From an uncultured Chloroflexia bacterium (GTDB lineage Bacteria > Chloroflexota > Limnocylindria > Limnocylindrales > CSP1-4), in contig CAVXEB010000004.1 of the NCBI GenBank assembly GCA_963760735.1, forward strand, positions 1,592,329 through 1,656,328: a stretch of DNA of 64,000 nt, written 5' to 3'. The notes under the pieces are model-generated. The model worked only from the letters and a program-made list of their open reading frames with translations. It was not told the origin of the DNA and searched no databases. Below, in pieces: positions 63,436 to 64,000 of the stretch. The position numbers were made by a program, and so were the translations under genes. Position 1 is the first letter of the stretch, and each line of letters opens with the position of its first letter.

Positions 63436-64000
63436 TCAGGCGGTCGGGGATCGCGATGACTGTCCGCCGAGCGCCTCGTTCCAGGAGCGGTCGAGCAGCT
63501 CGGCGAGCTCGCGCGGGCGGCTCAGCGCCGGACAGTGTCCGCTGTCGATCTCGTCGGGCTCGATGCCGAGCCGGTCACGGACCAGTGGACGGAGCCATCG
63601 CGCCGGGAAGTACCGGTCGCTCCTGCAGAGGACGAACCGCGTCGGGATGTCCGGCCACCGCATGAGCGGCCACGGCTCCCGGCCGGGCGTGTCGGATTGG
63701 CGACGGCCGCGGCTCATGGCGTCGTCGGCAAGCTCCCGCGGGACGTCGTGGTAGAAGACCGCGCGGGCGCTCGAATCCTCGAGCTGCTCGGGCTCCCAAC
63801 CCGTCGTCGCGAACATCACTTCGGCGCGTTTCGCCGGGTGACGGGATCATCGCGGCGACGAGCACGATGAGCCGGGCATCGAGCCGCTCGGCCGCGATCG
63901 GAGCGACATAGCCGCCGAATGAATGGGCGACGACGACCGCGTCACGCCGATCGCCGATCGCATCGATGACGACCGTCGCGTATTCGGTCAGCCCCGCCCG
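63436..64000 (-). pseudogene. Alpha/beta-fold hydrolase, 3' part in window, apparently frameshifted near 63825-63835; 5' end beyond the right edge
   Basis: The nucleophile elbow VVVAHSFGG is in the frame entering from 64000. The catalytic-His motif IDSGHCPALSRP is in a different frame (ORF 63436-63819). The two frames overlap around PSPGET / RAEVMF. Confidence 0.45.

Overview
This is a high-GC (about 70%) window of densely packed genes with frequent 1-4 nt start/stop overlaps and no rRNA or CRISPR. Its composition and gene content suggest a bacterial chromosome of the Actinobacteria type.

The window has three parts.

(1) 1-3.2 kb: a partial SRPBCC gene, corA, and an orphan ParA-like ATPase followed by a membrane protein with a degenerate GGDEF-like domain.

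(2) 3.3-24 kb: an accessory mosaic.
- Four ECF sigma / anti-sigma modules are present. Each anti-sigma carries a different extracytoplasmic sensor: a LolA-like/unknown domain, two tandem six-bladed Kelch propellers, a novel duplicated beta-rich domain, and a PD40/TolB-like propeller. Most modules are followed by a secreted lipoprotein paralogous to the sensor domain.
- Three type II toxin-antitoxin pairs lie here: VapBC, MazEF and Phd-VapC.
- An intact tRNA-Thr(CGT) is preceded by two 5'-half tRNA fragments and followed by one 3'-half fragment, all broken in the anticodon loop. This delimits three tandem integrase-less islets.
- Several short repeat families occur.

(3) 28-64 kb: a carbohydrate / sugar-acid utilisation region.
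- It encodes GH78 alpha-L-rhamnosidase, GH2, GH125-like and GH4 hydrolases, and an IlvD/EDD dehydratase.
- It also encodes two DapA-family aldolases, an enolase-superfamily dehydratase, Gfo/Idh/MocA and SDR/ADH oxidoreductases, a PfkB kinase and a sugar ABC importer.
- Regulators are GntR x3 and AraC; two cytochrome P450s are present (one frameshifted), plus an ABC-2 exporter.
- A recurrent two-unit GGTTCA direct-repeat motif sits immediately upstream of six of these operons.

The most interesting signals are the six-site regulatory motif, the tRNA-fragment islet array and the ECF sigma / anti-sigma / lipoprotein modules with 'Rosetta-stone' domain sharing. Many long antisense ORFs in the track are GC artefacts.
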